A program made the position numbers and the translations under genes. From the human T2T-CHM13v2.0 reference genome, Homo sapiens, in NCBI RefSeq assembly GCF_009914755.1, contig NC_060926.1: DNA of 64,000 nucleotides; one strand, given 5' to 3'. This document shows positions 14,067 to 26,410 of this stretch, piece after piece. Under the pieces are notes generated by a model that had not been told where the DNA came from, did not search any database, and saw nothing but the letters and a program-made list of their open reading frames with translations. Position 1 is the first letter of the stretch; each line of letters opens with the position of its first letter.

Positions 14067-15233
14067 TTAAACACACCAACGGAAATAATAATTACTGTAT
14101 ATTGCTGAGTTTTTATGTGTCGGGCTATATGATTAGTGCTGTGTATAGATTATCTCATTTATGTCTAAGTTCACATTAATATGCAGTTAGCATTTATTTC
14201 TAAATTTACCTACCACTATGTTTATAATAGACAAGATTTTTCTCAGTGGAACTCACCTTTCATCACGTGTGGAAGCTGTATGACTTAGGAGAATTGGCCA
14301 TATTTGTATCTCCAGGAATACTGCCTGATTGTCTTAAGCCAGTCAGTGATTCTGCACCCCTACCAATTGGTTAGCAATGTGCTTATCACTTCATTGGCTC
14401 AGATAAGAATGAATACCCAAACTTTCGATTAGGGATTGAGCTAGAAATTATCTTCTCCCCTTAGTTCTTAGTTATGTAAATGGCACAATAAAAATCGAGA
14501 ATAGGAAATTTATCAATAAGAAAAAATTGTGCAGAAAGCTAACTGGGCAAAAGCTAATGCTACGTAAAAGAAATGCAAATCAAAAACAATATATATGCCA
14601 ATTTTCCTATTGTAATTCAATTTTCCTATTGAATTAAAATAAATTTTTAAAACCCTGATATATATGAACAGTATAGGAAGATTGGGGTGAGGTTTGCATA
14701 CTTTTTCACTTCTCTGGGAGTGTAATTTGCCCTATTTTCCAGACAAAGTATTGTAATTATATACAGACTTTGATCCGGTAATTTCCATTCTCCCTTGTCT
14801 CAATAGTCAGATGTTTAAGCAGTGATTTATATAACAGATAAAATATATACATAGAATATATCATTCAATACTTTAAGTGTTTCACAAACTTTGTAATCGT
14901 TTATTTCTCAAAGCAACAGTGTGTTAGATTATATGGATGAGGAGACTAAGGCATATCCTGTCAAGGCAACATAGTTTTGGAATCAGGCTTATAACACTTT
15001 CCAGGCCAGCTACAGTCATTTTAGTCACTACGCTACTTTGCTTCAATTCTACTCATCACAGTGTCTCTATATAGAAAAAAAAAAAAAAAAGAAAAAATCT
15101 TAAATGTGGAACATTACAATGGGCAAAAAAAATTATAAGGTGGCATGTTACGCCAATAGTATTTATTTGAAGACTTATTTAATGATATAAGAATATGATT
15201 GCACTGTAGGTGACAAAAGGTAGGAAATGAAAT

Positions 15234-15661
15234 TGTACGTTGTCTTTGTATTGCTATAAAGGAATACCTGAGGCTAGGTAATTTATAAAGAAAAGACGTT
15301 TATTTGGCTCATGGTTCTGCAAGCTATATACGACACATGGTGCCACCATCTGCTTCTGGTGAGGACTTTAGGCTGTTTAAACTCGTGGCAGAAATTGAAG
15401 TGGAGCCTGCATGAGCAGAGATGGTATGGCAAGAGAAGAGGCAAAAGAGAGAGGGGAGGGAGGTGCCAGGCTCTTTTTAACAAACAGCTCTTACAAGGGA
15501 CTAACAGAGCAAGAACTCACTCATTACCACCAGGATGGCACCAAGCCATTCATGAGGGATCTGCCCCCATGACCCAAATACCTCTCACTAAGTCCCACGT
15601 TTAACATTGGGGATCACATTTCAACATGAGGTTTGGAGGGTGAAATAGCTGAATTATTGCA
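15234..15661 (-). mobile_element. MSTA/MSTB solo LTR (MaLR)
   Basis: ATTGCTATAAAGGAATACCTGAGGCTAGGTAATTTATAAAGAAAAG...CATTTCAACATGAGGTTTGGAGGG. Confidence 0.88.
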
Positions 15662-16329
15662 TATGTATAGTACAATTTCAGTTTTAGAAAAAGACTGGGT
15701 AGAAGGTGTCTAAATATTATCTTTTAGTTTATCTTAATATAGATGATTTTTATTTTCCTTTATAATTTTCTAATTTTCTAAGTGTTTTGTTCATACACAC
15801 ACTCACACTATATATACTGAAAAATATAATAACCAAACGTTTCAAGGAAAGTGACTTGTGTTTTCCACTAATTTCAGCAAAAAGAGTGAATGACTTGATA
15901 ATTTTTCTCCTACTTTTTCTAATCAGAAAAATTTCCTGCCCTTGAGAGCTTCAAAGCACTGCAGAAAGTTTAACAGCACATGCAATGGAAAGCATGGATT
16001 GAATTTGATTTTAAATTGATAAATTTAAAATTCTTATGTGTTCTGAAGAGTTTGTCATGTCTCATCCGCTATCGCTTTTTTCATTACCATACTGAAAGCT
16101 GAGGGTATGGAACTCAGAATGCATTTGGAAGAATAAAAGGTGATATGAATTCTTGGTCTTATCTGATTTCCTGGAATAGAAAAACCCAGGATTAAAGCTA
16201 TCTTTGTCTGGTTCTATTCCTATATAAATTAAATTATAAAGATCTTTTCAGTTTTACATCTTATAAATATGAATGCTTTGAGTCTATTTTGCATTAGCAT
16301 CTAACAAATATACACACATTTCCAAGAAG

Positions 16330-16885
16330 TAATTTGCTTGTCTCATCCCCTCCCTTTCATGTCTCTTCAGAGCCGCCTTGGCAATATGATCTTCCTAAAT
16401 ACATATCTAAAACACGTATCTTACTGTACTGCTTCCCTGTTTAATCATACTTCCATCACCTTTAGGGTAAAATACAAATGTTATAACATGGCAGTCAGGA
16501 GCCTTCCTGATGTAGCCTCATCTTATTACTAAAGTTTTATACAAAAGAGTTTCCTATAAATATTCTATTTTAAAATAAAATATTCTAACTAATAGCCTAT
16601 CCTTGAAGATGGCGTGTTCGTTCTTATTCCTGTGCCCTTGCTTATGGTGTTTCCTTTGCCATCCGTGGCTTTCCCCACCATCCTCACTGGACAGCTTCTG
16701 TGAACTGAAGGTTAATGAGTCTTATCTCTTTGAGGAAGACTTTTCTGCAGCACCTAGCCTTGCCTTGAACATAGTCCTTATCACACTGATGCATGCAAAG
16801 GAGTATACAGACTTATTTTCCTCTCACTAGTAACTAAACAATTGGGCATTCAATAGCTGTCCAGTGAATATTGGTTTAATGAAGA
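16330..16885 (+). mobile_element. L2 fragments
   Basis: TGATCTTCCTAAA...CTTCCATCACCTTTAGGGTAAAATACAAA... and GCATTCAATA...GAATATTGGTTTAATGAA. Confidence 0.55.
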
Positions 16886-18199
16886 AAATTACTTTTCTAA
16901 TTTTATTTTCCTTAGAGTGTAGGGGTATAGGTATGACTATTTGCATGTCATTTCCTTAGTGAGATGACTAGAATACATAGGAAGTGATTGCTCCAAGCTA
17001 CTTAGGACAATCATCCTAATATCACCTTCTTTGTACCTTTTGCTTGGAACATGGGGTGAAAACATTTGAGAAGGTGTCTTAAAGGCATACTAAGGCATGT
17101 GTACTTTGTGCATTGGTGATGTGGCCAAATTACTTGTTAGAGAAATTACGACTGGCTAGGGATGGATAGGTGGGGAGTGTAAACTGGGAGGGAAAACAAA
17201 CTGGAGATTGTTGTATTAAGCAGAATTGAATTTATTTAACTGCATGTAGGTGGTAAGGGAAAAAAGAGTGATTAATCATGCCAGATTTCAGGTGTGAGCA
17301 ATCAGTGGGGATTGAACGTTTACTTACTTAAAGTCACAGGACAAACAAGAAAAAAATAGAAAAGAAAATCAGGGCCAAGATCTTATTTTATATATTTTGA
17401 ATTTAGGAGCTTATAGAGGATAAGAAAGAAATATCCAGGAAAACTCCTAAAACATTTTGCAAATTAGATTAAATACTGTTAAATTATTGGACTTAGGTAA
17501 AAAAGAGAATAATGATTTTGAAAATATTTTAAGATCATGATAATGGTGGTCTGTATTTCATATGATGACAAGTAGAAATACAAGTTGGCCTGACTTCTCT
17601 GTTTTGCTTGGTTTATTGCATATAGAATATTTAAGATTTACCTGTTACATTAACAAATTGAAGCATTTTGTCATATTGCAGCATTAATAATGTTTTTCTT
17701 AAATGGTACTGTTGGGGATAAAGGAAGTTTTAGTAAAGAAATAGTTGGTTTCATTTAATTTCATATACGTCTTCAAATTGTGTGAAAATATATAATAAAT
17801 GGTGGCAAAACAGTATCAAATTGAGCATATTATGTTCATACTAAAATTTTAAGAAGCATTTGAATTGGAAATCAGGATTTTATATTTTAAAATAAAAATA
17901 TGTTCAAAAGAGCAGCCCCTAAGCCAGTCTGAGTTTTGCAAGAATATTCAAAGTGCTCTTTCTATGAAAAATCTAATCATATCAGACATAGAATAATAGA
18001 TCCCATTTGGAAAATATGTCATTTCCTGCAAGAAGAAAGGCAGAAGTAGGCATAAGTTAGTTCTTATTTTTTGATATGTGTATTTTTGTGCTCTTCTTTA
18101 TTCTGTCACATTGCATAAAATATTCTAGTTTGAAAAGTATTTCCTGCAGTATGACTGGGTTTCAGTCAACGTAAGATAAAAATAAAGGCTACGGGGATG

Positions 18200-18390
18200 T
18201 TAAATTGAATTGACCATTTCAAGGATAATATTTTCTTTTATTAAATTTTGGAATTAGATCAATTGAAGAGTTTTATTAACAATTATTTATCTTGATTAAA
18301 TTGAATTGACCATTTTAAGGAAAATATTTTCTTTTATAAAATTTGGAATGAAATGTATTGAATAGTTTTGATAACAATTATTTATCTCGA
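18200..18390. repeat. Tandem duplication of a ~96-bp unit (2 copies)
   Basis: Copies 18200-18295 and 18296-18390 both begin TTAAATTGAATTGACCATTT and end TAACAATTATTTATCT(T/C)GA; about 11 substitutions and 1 indel by eye. Confidence 0.93.
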
Positions 18391-18869
18391 ATTATTTCTC
18401 TCTAATTTCTGTTCATAAGATCAATAGTTGTCAAAAGAAAAATGGAAAAACTATATCATCCTAAAAAAGAACTAATTTTGTTCTTCCTTTTCTCTCCTCT
18501 CATTTAAGACCAACAAACAAGAAAAACATGATCTGATAAAAGACTGTGGAAATTATGACATGGTTTTATAGTTTACCTTTTAACTATGTGTCATGCTTGA
18601 AATTTCCTGTCCAGGATAAACACATCTATTTTTAGAGCTGGAAGTATGTGATGATACAACCCTTACATTTTACAGCAAGGTGAAATGAATTGTGTCATTC
18701 ATACATGCTAAGATCCAGTGAATGCTAAGAAAATAACATACGATTTAATAAATAATAGTGTTACTGAGTAAGCAAACATTATTTTTCACTAAAATTATAA
18801 AATATAAATATATGGCCTTAAAGTATACTGTGCTAATATTTTAATTCAAAATTTAAAATTGTTGCTTTT

Positions 18870-19355
18870 TGTAGTAGATGCTGTTGATGATCAGCCTATA
18901 ACCTCTCTTTTAGTGCTGTAGTTCAGACTGGCAAAATTTCTAATGCTTATCCTGCATTTCTCTACCTAAGGGATTCTTTGGCCACAAGAGACCACTTTGC
19001 CAACCAAATAGGCTGAAAGTTCCAGGGAATTAATGCCCCTGGGAGCAACCCTCAGCTAATGACTAATGAGGATTGGTGTATAAATATGCTAGCTCTCATT
19101 CTTACAGTGAGATATATCTGAGGGGTGTATTTCACAGTGGATGTCTGATTTTCCCCAGCCAGATTAAGCTGCAGTTGCCAGTAGTGTTACAGGCCTGATA
19201 ATGATCTCTGTGTTGGTAGGAGGTCTTCCACTCCGGGTCTCACTTCTTTCTTTTCATCCCTGCTAATATTTCCTGGGATCATCTCCCAAATAAACTTCTC
19301 GCATTGAAGTTATTATTACCTCAGTGTTTGCCTCTGGGGCAACCTAAACTGAGAT
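18870..19355 (+). mobile_element. LTR16-family (ERVL) solo LTR
   Basis: TGTAGTAGATGCTG start; CCCTGGGAGCAACCCTCAGCTAATGACT..GGTGTATAAATA; CTCCCAAATAAAC; TCTGGGGCAACCTAAACTGAGA end. Confidence 0.8.
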
Positions 19356-19396
19356 TCTTTCTTTCTCTCTAAAGTCATGTTAGAATATGAAAAAGA

Positions 19397-19592
19397 AGCT
19401 GGGCGCGGTAGCTCACACCTGTAATCCACCCAGCACTTTGGGAGGCCAAAGCGGGCAGATCACCTGAGGTCAGGGGTTCGAGACCAGTCTGGCCAACATG
19501 GCGAAACCCCCTCTCTACTAAAAATACAAAAATTAGCCGGGCATGATGCCACACAGTTGTATTCCCAGCTACTCGGGAGGCTGAGACAGAAG
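19397..19592 (+). mobile_element. 3'-truncated AluS
   Basis: Intact left arm and A-rich linker; stops after GGAGGCTGAGACAGAAGAA; no tail. Confidence 0.9.
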
Positions 19593-20558
19593 AAAACAAA
19601 TACATTGAACAAATAGGTCAATAGGCTTCTGAAGAATATTGTGGCTAAGCTGGAAAACGATGGCTTTCAAAGTATTCAGATGGCTTAGATTGAAACACAG
19701 AGGAAGAGATAAAATAATATTTGAGATCTATCTAAGAAAGTCAAAAATATAGATATGGCATCATCAATGTCTGTATCAAGGGGTTTGTATCAAAGTTATG
19801 ACGGGAAGCAGGGCACAAGACTTAGATATGTTTCTCCATTCTTCCCCCTCCCTCAAAAAGATCAGGTCTTTTTAGTGTTTTGGCAAAAGATACTATGCTG
19901 TGAATTCTGGTACTATTTGAACTTATGTCAGCGGTACATTCGAAATAATATAATTAAAGGAAGACATAATTTGTGCTGTTGTGTCTACCCAGAAAGAATT
20001 TTTGTTTTGTTTGTTGGAATAAAAATAGAAAAGTCTTAACCAATTAACATATCTCTTCTAGTTATAGCATGATTATGAATAGAAGGATAAGCTATCTAAA
20101 TGCCTTGCCGTAAGAGTCAAAGTAGAATGAAAATGAAAGTAAATCAGTGCCTTCTAAAATTCAGTTTCACCTTCTTAATCATCATGAACAGGGTATGTGC
20201 TTGGTTAGTCCAAATAAATCATATGTGAAAGAGATAGTTGGGGCTACTTCTTGTTCAAGGGGGAAAGGCATATATTGTTAAAGAACTATCACCAGGCTTT
20301 AATAGTAACATATCTGTGAGTTAAAACATTTAACACATCATCTACAAATCTTGCTATTTTCCATTACCTAGGTATCAGTAATAATGTTTTCCAAATATTT
20401 ACATATTTTATCATTATTTCCCTATTATTTGGTAACTTTCTTGAACATTTGCAAGAAGCATAATTGGAATTTTAAAAGATATGCTGGACTTCTAAATTAA
20501 AATAAACAGAAATGTAATTATTGATTAATTCTAAGTCCAATTATATTTTTCTTTTTAG

Positions 20559-20685
20559 TTATTTATGATTCCATCTGATATACATAGGAGAGAAACTGAT
20601 AGAAGAATTCTGATGGCAACTGTATGATAGAAGCTATATAAAGTCAAGTGTCCATTTTCTTTCAACTATATTTGAGCATACCCAG
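20559..20685 (+). other. GULP1: Non-coding 5'UTR exon (127 nt), probable GULP1 exon 2
   Basis: Acceptor TATTTTTCTTTTTAG| with branch-like CTAAG near 20531; donor CAG|GTAAGA. The sequence ...ATTCTGATGGCAACTGTATGATAGAAGC...GAGCATACCCAG matches my recollection of the GULP1 mRNA 5'UTR upstream of the MNRAFSRKK start; not verified by search. Confidence 0.85.
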
Positions 20686-20945
20686 GTAAGAATAAATGAT
20701 TGTTTATACATTTTCCATTATTTCCAAAAAGGACTTGAAATTATAAAAATGCTTTTATTATGTGTTGAATGTTTAAAAATATAGTCTTTTGTTGTAAAAA
20801 ATAGTAAAATTCATAAAAGTAAAATAAAATTAAAAGCACTGATGAGCCTTTTTTCTGAAAATAACTTCTGTCATCATTTTGTTCTATATAATTTTATTTT
20901 TGTTTTGTTGGATTTTTCCTTTAAGCAAAGTTACAATGATAGTAT

Positions 20946-21305
20946 TATATTTAGTTGATTTTCATGCAACTGATAAAGACATACTCATGACTGGGAAATT
21001 TACAAGAGAAAGACGTTTAATGGACTTACAGTTCTACATGGCTGGGGAGGTCTCATAATCATGGAGGAAGGTGAAAGGCACGTCTCACACAGCAGCAGGC
21101 AAGAGAAGAGAGCTTGTGCAGGGAAACGCCTGTTTTTAAAACCATCAGATTTTGTGAGACCCACTCACTATCATGAGAACAGCACAGGAAAGACTCGCCC
21201 CCATGATTCAATCACCTCCCACCAGGTTCCTGCCACAACATGTGGGAATTGTGGGAGGTACAAATCAAGATAAGATTTGGTTGGGGACACAGCCAAACCT
21301 TATCA
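20946..21305 (-). mobile_element. THE1B-like 3' LTR
   Basis: GATAAAGACATAC...GGACTTACAGTT...GGGGACACAGCCAAACCTTATCA. Confidence 0.92.
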
Positions 21306-22862
21306 TTCCATCCCTGGCCCCTCTCAAATCTCATGTCCTCACATTTCAAAACCAAACATGCCTTCCCAACAATCCCCCAAAGTCTTAACTCATTTCAGCG
21401 TCAACTCAAAAGTCCACAATCCAGAGTCTCATTAGAGACAAGGCAGGTCCTTTCTGCCTATGAGCTTGTAAAATCAAAAGCAAGTTAGTTACTTCCTAGA
21501 TAAAATAGGGTACAGGAATTGGGTAGATACAGCCATTCCAAATGGGAGAAATTGGCCAATGCAAAGGGGCTACAGGCCCCACGCTGGTCCAAAATCCAGT
21601 GGGGCAGTCAAATCTTAAAGCTCCAAAATGATCTCCTTTGATGCTATGTCTCACATCCAGATCACGCTGATGTAAGAGGTGAGTTCCCATGGTCTTGGGC
21701 AGCTGCGCCTCTGTGGCTTTGCAGGGTATAGCTGCCCTCCTGGCTGCTTTCATGGGCTGACATTGAGTGTCTGAGTCTTTTCCAGGTGCAGGGTGCAAGT
21801 TGTTGGTGGATCTACCATTCTAGGGTCTGGAGGATGGTGGCCCTCTTCTCACAGCTCCACTAAGTGGTGCCCCAGTAGGGACTCTGTGTGGGGGCTCTGA
21901 CCCCACATTTGCCTTCCACACTGCCCTAGGAGAGGTTCTCCATGAGGACCCTACTCCTGCAGCAAACTTCTGCCTGGACATCCAGGCATTTCCATACATC
22001 TTCTGAAATCTAGGCAGAGGTTCCCAAACCTCAATTCTTGACTTCTGGGCATCCACAGGCTCAATACCATGTGGAAGCTGCCAAGACTTGGGGCTTGCAC
22101 CCTCTAAAGCAACAGCCAAGCCATGCCTTGGCCACTTTTAGTCATGGCTGGAGCAGCTGGGATGCAGGCCCATCAAGTCCCTAGACTTCGTAAAGCAGAG
22201 GGACCCTGGGCCAGGAAATCATTTTTTCCTCCTAAACTTCCGGGGTTGCCATGAAGACCTCTGGCATGCCCTGGAGACATTTTTCCCCATTATCTTGATG
22301 ATTAACATTTGGCTCCTTGTTACTTATGCAAATTTATGCAGCTAGCTTGAATTTCTCCTCAGAAAACGGGATTTTCTTTTCTATTGCATTGTCAGACTGC
22401 AAATTTTCTGAACTTGTATGCTCTGCTTCCCTTATAAAACTGAATGTCTTTAACAGCACCCAAGTCACATCTTGAATGCTTTGCTGCTTAGACATTCCTT
22501 CCTCCAGATACCCGAAATCACCTCTCTCAAGTTCAAAGTTCCACAAATCTCTAGGGCAGGAGCAAAATGCCGCCAGTCTCTTTCCTAAAACATAACAAGA
22601 GTCACCTTGGCTCCAGTTCCCAACAAGTTCCTCATCTCTGTCTGAGACCACCTCAGCCTGGATGTCATTGTCCATATCATTATCAGCATTTTGGTCAAAG
22701 CCATTCAACAAGTCTTTAGGGAGTTCCAAACTTTCCCACATTCTCCTGTGTTCTTCTGAGCCCTCCAAACTGTTTCAGCCTCTGCCTGTTAACCAGTTCC
22801 TAAGTTGCTTCTACATCTTTAGGTATCTTTTCAGCAGCATCCAACTCCTGGTACCAATTTAC
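21306..22862 (-). mobile_element. THE1 internal region (~1.56 kb)
   Basis: Typical MaLR-int; decayed ORF pieces such as MEGSEE..LNGFDQNADNDMDN..; flanked by two LTRs. Confidence 0.92.
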
Positions 22863-23229
22863 CGTATGAGTCTGTTTTCACACTGCTGATGACGACATAC
22901 CCAAGACTGGGCAATCTACAAAAGAAAGCAGTTTAATGGACTTACAGTTCCATGTGGCTGGGGAGACCTCACAACCATGGAAGAAGGTGAAAGGCACATC
23001 TCACACAGCAGCAGACAAGAGAAGAGGGCTTGTGTAGGAAAACTCCCATTTTTAAAACCATCAGATCTTGTGATGGTTTTAAACCCACTCACTATCATGA
23101 GAACAGCGTAGGAAAGACCCACCTCCATGGTTCAATCACCTTCCACAAGGTTTCTCCCATGATGTGTGGGAATTGTGGGAATTACAATTCAAGGTGAAAT
23201 TTGGGTGGGGATACAGCCAAACCATATCA
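22863..23229 (-). mobile_element. THE1B-like 5' LTR
   Basis: Direct repeat of 20946-21305 ending GCCAAACCATATCA; flanks AGTAT/ATTAT form a near 5-bp TSD. Confidence 0.92.
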
Positions 23230-23748
23230 ATTATATATATACTTTGTTGATTTTCTTTATTATTGTGTAACAAATTTGTTTTCTTCTGTTCTTTGAGAAT
23301 ATGAATTAGTGTTTTGTATTTTCTATTATATCTGTTAATATATAATATGTTTTAAAATATTTTTATTTTGTATTTATTATTCAGTCAATATTCTTATAGA
23401 TAAATTGATATGTACATCACTTGGTTTGCATTAGTAGCATTACTAGAATTGGTATCACTGGCTCAATGACTGTGATCTTTTAAAGGCTTTTTATTGTTAT
23501 TGCTGAGTTTACCTGTAGAAGGTAGTAACAAGTTAAAGTTTTCATTAGCCAGTTTTGAAAATATTGAATCACTGATTAGTGTTTTCTCATTCAAATAATT
23601 TTCCTAATGAAACCCAGTTTAAGTTGAAAAAAATGAAAATTAAATTAAAATTTTAAATTTTGGTTGCAGGCAGTAGCAATTTCTTTCTCACATCTATTCA
23701 GCAATATATTCCCTTACATAACTAAGCCTAGAGGAAAAGTGAATGTTA

Positions 23749-24132
<384 letters not shown>

Positions 24133-24665
24133 TTAATATTTATTGAAAACTTATACTTATCAAGCACTGTGATTAGCAATGGCAGTGAGGATGGTAAACA
24201 TTAGAGAAGGGAAGGCACATAAATAGTTCCTTGTCACCTCTAACTTTCAATAAAATATGGCAAGATAAGAAATACGTTTTGGTTTCTTATGTTTAAGTAG
24301 GCTGTATTAAGTGACAAGAAAGAAGTAAAATAATAGGGCAGTTTGTAATGGTAACACTTTCAGCTTGGGAATTGAGGAACACTTTCACAAACAAAAGACC
24401 ACTTGAGTTGTGCTTTTTAAGGTAGAGAGGAACACTGACAGGCAAACATTTAAATGGAGAGTCAACTTGGAGCAAAGGTACTGGGCTGGCAAACCATAGG
24501 GATGGGATGTTCAGGAAATTGGAAAGAGAGATTAGATATAGCAGAGTAGTTGGAAGTGTGTTCTGTGATTTGGATTCTTATAACTAGGCATTTGTGTCTC
24601 ATTATTATATGGAGAGGAACAATTGCAGGGGAGCCAGATGAACCATGCTATCCTTTAAGAAGTTT

Positions 24666-25022
24666 TTTTTTTAAATTTTTTTGTTATTATTATACTTTAA
24701 GTTTTAGGGTACATGTGCACAATGTGCAGGTTAGTTACATATGTATACATGTGCCATGCTGGTGTGCTGCACCCGTTAACTCGTCATTTAGCATTAGGTA
24801 TATCTCCTAATGCTATCCCTCCCGCCTCCCCCCACCCCACAACAGTCCCCAGAGTGTGATGTTCCCCTTCCTGTGTCCCTGTGTTCTCATTGTTCAATTC
24901 CCATCTATGAGTGAGAACATGCGGTGTTTGGTTTTTTTGTCCTTGCGATAGTTTACTGAGAATGATGATTTCCAATTTCATCCATGTCCCTACAAAGCCA
25001 CATTTTCTTAATCCAGTCTATC
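24666..25022 (-). mobile_element. Young 5'-truncated L1 3' end (L1PA2/3-like)
   Basis: TATACTTTAAGTTTTAGGGTACATGTGCACAATGTGCAGGTTAGTTAC...; perfect 14-bp TSD CCTTTAAGAAGTTT (24652-24665, 25023-25036). Confidence 0.95.
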
Positions 25023-25042
25023 CCTTTAAGAAGTTTAATCTA

Positions 25043-25366
25043 GGCCAACTGCATTGGCTCATGCCTGTAATTCCAGCACTTTGGGAGACTGAGGCAGGTG
25101 GATCGCTTGAGGACAGGAGTTCAAGACCATCCTGGAAAACATAGTGAGAGCCCATCTCTACCAAAAAAAAAAAAAAAAAAGTAGAAAAACTTAGCCAGAC
25201 AGGATGGTGTATACTTGTAGTCCCAGCTCCTTGAGAGGCTGAAGTGGGAGGATCACTTGAGTCCAGGAGGTGAAGGTCACAGTGAGACGTGATCACACCA
25301 CTGCCCTCCAGCCTGGGTGACAGACCAAAACTCTGTCTCAAAAAATCAAAAAAAACAAAAAACAAA
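25043..25366 (+). mobile_element. Full-length AluJ
   Basis: AluJ-type GGAGGATCACTTGAG; TSD AAGAAGTTTAAT(C/T)TA. Confidence 0.93.
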
Positions 25367-26410
25367 AAGAAGTTTAATTTAAAAGTGATATGTGTGTTAG
25401 ACTAATGAAGAGGGAGCAGCTCAAAGGAAGGCAGATTAGTTTGCAGGCTTTTCCTTACATTTTGATCACTATTTGCTGAACCCTTGCCGCTCGCCAGGCA
25501 CTAAGCTAGGAACTGTAGGAAAATAAAACGATGAAGACATAATCTCTACCCTTGAGGAGTTTATAATGTAGCAGATGTACCTGTATGACAAACAAATGAA
25601 TAGAATACACCATGAAAGCACAAGAGAATCATGTTTAAGTAAAGACTAGTGAGTAATAATTATGTTGGCATGCAGATACTGAGTTACCAGTAGCCTAGGT
25701 TTCCCCAAAAACATTAAGTCTGATCAAGGTTGCCCAAGAGGCAATGTTTCTAAATTTTTAAATAATTCAGGAAGAAACAATAGAAGCTTTGTCTAGGGCG
25801 AAAAAAATGTAAATAAAAAAGAAAGTGTGGTAGATGAGACTTGGTAGTAGTAGAAGCAGTTAAGCGGGGATTAAAGAAACAGGCCTTTTGTTTAGGCAAG
25901 AGGGGCATGTTGATGACAGGCACAGAAATGGGGAAAACAGAGTAAAAGCGGGTTTTGTTATTGTTGGTAAAATTTGTTTGGCTTTGAACACTGAAGAATT
26001 TTCTCTCCTGCTTCACTTTCCTGTGTTCAAACCTTTGCTAGAGCACTCATAACATTTTAAAATTTCATTGCAATTCCTTATTGAGAATTGAGGAATATTA
26101 TTGAGGATTAATTAAGGATTCATTTATTTATTACTAAAAATTATTTCCATCCTTTAAAAATAAAAGTATAATAGAGTAATTTACACCAAACAAAACAAAA
26201 ATATAAATAAAAGACCTGATTTCATTCATTACCACAATGTATATAATTTAGCCTTACACTTTCCAGCAGTCACAAAAATGGATATATGTTCTTTCTCTAA
26301 AAGCTGAGATAAATGTATTATGAGTCTTAGTGTAATGGATAGGAAAAGTGTCCTTACCTCCTAGAGGTACCTTATATATTAAATTGTTAAAAAATAAAGG
26401 GAATTAATTC

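Noticed and set aside
20560-20630. C/D-box snoRNA-like ATGAT and CTGA motifs
   Set aside because: No proper RUGAUGA box or terminal stem; better explained as a spliced exon
22334-22768. 144-aa ORF
   Set aside because: Fragment of the decayed THE1 internal ORF
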